This document shows, piece by piece, positions 61,569-64,000 of a stretch of 64,000 bases of DNA (position 1 is its first letter; each line of letters starts with the position of its first letter). A program made the translations under genes and the position numbers. Origin of the DNA: Desulfatiglandales bacterium (GTDB lineage: Bacteria > Desulfobacterota > DSM-4660 > Desulfatiglandales > Desulfatiglandaceae); contig OY759599.1 of the NCBI GenBank assembly GCA_963662465.1, forward strand, positions 7,584,001-7,648,000, given 5' to 3'. The notes beneath the pieces were generated by a model, which searched no databases, had not been told where the DNA came from, and worked only from the letters and a program-made list of their open reading frames with translations.

Positions 61569-61985
61569 TCATGGATATGGGGTTTTCTCAAAGCCTGTTA
61601 CATCTGAAAAAACCCTCCCTGCATAAGCACGGCGAGGAAAATGGTCCACAACAACCCCGATCGACCCGCAAAAAAGACAGCTGGGTCGGTTCCCCGACCG
61701 CTTTTTGGGTTCAATATCACAGTCTTTTTGAGGTGTTGAACTATCATCACCAGGGTTCAGTCCATTTTTTTTGGATTTTTTTGTTTTTTCGTACAAACGA
61801 CGGCGCTCTTTCCCTTTTTTCGAATTGCGGTATTTCCCCTGAGCTTTCCGGTGCAGCTGTCTTTGGCGTATCCTGCGACATCGTTCCCCACAATAGGCCT
61901 GGCCACGCCAACACGACCGACAGACGTGAAAAAAGCAACCACAACATCGGCATTGAACCACTCTTAAAAGGACATCTCCCATCAT
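61569..61985 (-). CDS. Cys-rich putative zinc-finger protein
   Basis: CRCC..F.VCRSC.RGQAYC...CR, basic helix, C-terminal CLFC; start uncertain (61985-62012). Confidence 0.72.
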   Translation of the reverse strand: MMGDVLLRVVQCRCCGCFFHVCRSCWRGQAYCGERCRRIRQRQLHRKAQGKYRNSKKGKERRRLYEKTKKSKKNGLNPGDDSSTPQKDCDIEPKKRSGNRPSCLFCGSIGVVVDHFPRRAYAGRVFSDVTGFEKTPYP

Positions 61986-62061
61986 TCCAGCCTTGCAATT
62001 GGCCGGAAACACACTTATATAAAATTGGCGTGTGTGTGGCTTCCGGCTCTATCCGGTGGTC

Positions 62062-62097
62062 AAAAAAGAAGGCCCGAAGCGGCTACTTCGGGCCTTC
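62062..62097 (-). terminator. intrinsic terminator inside the upstream end of the IS21-like element
   Basis: perfect 12-bp stem GAAGGCCCGAAG/CTTCGGGCCTTC followed by T6 on the minus strand. Confidence 0.75.
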
Positions 62098-62360
62098 ACC
62101 ATCCATTCTACAAAGTAAATCGCATTTCCACTTAACCAAGCCTCTGTCTTGGAAGAAGAAAACCAAATCCAAAGAAAATAGATTTTATAAAAATTTATTG
62201 AAAAGTAAATCTACATCAACGACTCCTTTGCCGCCACTTATGGATCCCTCATCGTCCGCTATACCTGAGGGCCGTACTCACCGGCGGTGACAGCCAATGG
62301 TTCAATTTCCATTAGCAAACTTGGTTCAGTTTTGATTAGCGTTGAAGCCTAAATTTATTA

Positions 62361-63302
62361 TTATTGGTTTAAGTCGCTTTGACTGGTTTGTTGACACAGG
62401 TATAGACCCTGTTCCATATCAGCATGATAGCGCCAAAAGATTTCATCCAGGGTATGGAGTCTGTGCGGCATACGGAATTCACCCAGCGTTACCACACTTT
62501 CGGCAAAACGATGCTGCGTATCCGGATCACGCTGGTTTTTTGCCGACCCTAATTCGGTGATGCCATGAAAGCCCGTGGCGATTGGAACGATCCATCCCGA
62601 TGTTTTTCGTTGGCTTGCCCAAGTAACATTGCCGTCATCGTCTTGTTCACAAGTGTGATGAAGCGCCAGATAATCCAGCATGGTATCAATGGGGTCCTGG
62701 CCTTGCGCCATGGCCTCTATCATCAATTCACGGCGTTCGATTATTGCATAACCCGGCATTAATTGCCGAGTCAGCCTGTGCAGTTCGGCGTCGTTACCTT
62801 CTTCTATTCTGTGCAGTGTCGGTTTTTGAAAAGATAAAATATCGCCACCGGCTATTTTCATGGATACATTTAGATGATGGGTAACCTGCCCTATTAATGC
62901 CTCTTCATCGTCTTTGTTTATGCGGGAGTATTCAATAAGTAGAGAAACATTCAAATGGCATCGGGCTTCCTCGATAAATGATGGCGCTGAGCCGGCATTA
63001 AAATCGGTAAGCTCTTTCTTAGTTGAAGGTGGACGCTTTGGAACAATTATGGACTGAACAAAATCGCCATCTACAAATTTTGTTTGAAGGTCCATACCAT
63101 GGCTAACAACCGCCACACTGCTAAAAATCAGGTTTTGCAATCCTTCTGATCCTGCGGCGTTCACTTTACGCTGCAACGCATGCATTGCGCCCAACCAGGC
63201 CGTCATAGCTGGAAAACCAACCGTAAACGGGCTGGATAAGGCATTGGCATTCTGCACCTTGATATGCGGCAAAAGTAAAACTCGCCTGATATCTCCGATC
63301 AT
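62361..63302 (-). CDS. cas5f: type I-F Cas5f/Csy2
   Basis: VQNANALSSP.TVGFPA.TAWLG..HALQR, GW.VP...G and H.FAES motifs. Confidence 0.95.
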   Translation of the reverse strand: MIGDIRRVLLLPHIKVQNANALSSPFTVGFPAMTAWLGAMHALQRKVNAAGSEGLQNLIFSSVAVVSHGMDLQTKFVDGDFVQSIIVPKRPPSTKKELTDFNAGSAPSFIEEARCHLNVSLLIEYSRINKDDEEALIGQVTHHLNVSMKIAGGDILSFQKPTLHRIEEGNDAELHRLTRQLMPGYAIIERRELMIEAMAQGQDPIDTMLDYLALHHTCEQDDDGNVTWASQRKTSGWIVPIATGFHGITELGSAKNQRDPDTQHRFAESVVTLGEFRMPHRLHTLDEIFWRYHADMEQGLYLCQQTSQSDLNQ

Positions 63303-64000
63303 CGTAACGCCTCCCTGTTATTAGTCACAATTTTATAAATATGCAGGCGAACATCTTCACCCAATTTATATGCCTGTTTGCCCAACAACTTTTCATAGGT
63401 GAGGACGATCCAACCGCTAATTTTCCTACACAGTTTGTTGAGCCATTCATTTTCTTCTTGACGTGATTGTTGAAATCCTTCGCAGAGCCATGTTTCCTGA
63501 TGAGGTTTTAACTGTGAGCTCTTCGCTTGATATTGTTCGGTACAAACAGCCCGCACCGCCCACATTTTGTTAATAATTCGGTCCATTAAATCCTGTAAAC
63601 GATAATCACGCCCTTCTCTTATGTGTACATTGTTGTATTCTGTTTTGAACAACCTATGCAGCGCATCAAAGACCTCTCGATATTCGTGATATCGAAATGA
63701 TTCCCTGAAGAAATTCTGTTTGGGAAAACGGATTCCGCGCTTTTGTAAAGTTGGTGGGGCAGAATATAATAAATAATACCATTGATATGTATTGTTTAAT
63801 CCACTGATATTTTTTGGGTGTTCCCCACCATGACGGGTGACGGTCAAATTTGGTATGGTTGAAAATCCAGTTTGGGAATATTTATTATCTTTCCTTAATT
63901 TCTTTCCTGTATAAGCTTCCGGAGATCTTTCGTTAATAGTGTCTATTTTCTCTTTTACGGAAAAGACCAACGCCGATGGCGTCAGTAATGACAACGAATG
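63299..64000 (-). CDS. cas8f: type I-F Cas8f/Csy1 (5' partial)
   Basis: GGEHPKNIS.LN....YLL.S.PP motif; ATGA overlap with csy2. Confidence 0.9.
   Translation of the reverse strand, partial: HSLSLLTPSALVFSVKEKIDTINERSPEAYTGKKLRKDNKYSQTGFSTIPNLTVTRHGGEHPKNISGLNNTYQWYYLLYSAPPTLQKRGIRFPKQNFFRESFRYHEYREVFDALHRLFKTEYNNVHIREGRDYRLQDLMDRIINKMWAVRAVCTEQYQAKSSQLKPHQETWLCEGFQQSRQEENEWLNKLCRKISGWIVLTYEKLLGKQAYKLGEDVRLHIYKIVTNNREALR

Larger units (their letters stand above)
57623..62347 (-). mobile_element. IS21-like six-gene transposable element, 4725 bp
   Basis: about 50-bp imperfect IRs, each with two 24-bp-period GCTA...GAACCA units; CCTAAAT TSD at 57616-57622 and 62348-62354; istA/istB. Confidence 0.92.

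Noticed and set aside
61571..62290. 239-aa plus-strand ORF in the transposon end
   Set aside because: It is antisense to the Zn-finger gene and runs through the terminator hairpin; no motifs.
55967..64000. Novel CRISPR-associated transposon (IstA/IstB plus type I-F Cascade)
   Set aside because: IRs and TSD enclose only 57623-62347, and the cas genes and array lie outside. There is no TniQ, cas8f and cas5f are unfused, and the array is long. This is an insertion into a cas operon.

Overview
Bacterial chromosomal window whose gene content suggests an anaerobic Desulfobacterota-like organism (inference). Bases 1-41k are mostly housekeeping, signalling and energy genes: yggS, YihY, HD-GYP regulator, a hypA/B/F/D cluster interrupted by Uma2 and HicBA cassettes, proC, an ABC exporter pair, a cytochrome c-rnfCDGEA operon lacking rnfB, guaBA, a porin and a chemoreceptor. 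Bases 41-64k are accessory-rich: a five-gene specialised Hsp70 operon with a non-canonical (PPD) J-domain, an IS1182-like IS with IRs and a 5-bp TSD, two decayed toxin-antitoxin modules, and a type I-F CRISPR-Cas locus (24 repeats, 23 spacers). The cas operon is split between csy2 and csy3 by a 4725-bp, six-gene IS21-like transposon (Zn-finger, HTH, ParB-like, IstA, IstB, RHH-like) with a 7-bp TSD and unusual CT...AG termini. The ParB-coupled IS21-like element and the Hsp70 operon are the best candidates for poorly described systems. All calls come from motif recognition by eye; no database searches were run.
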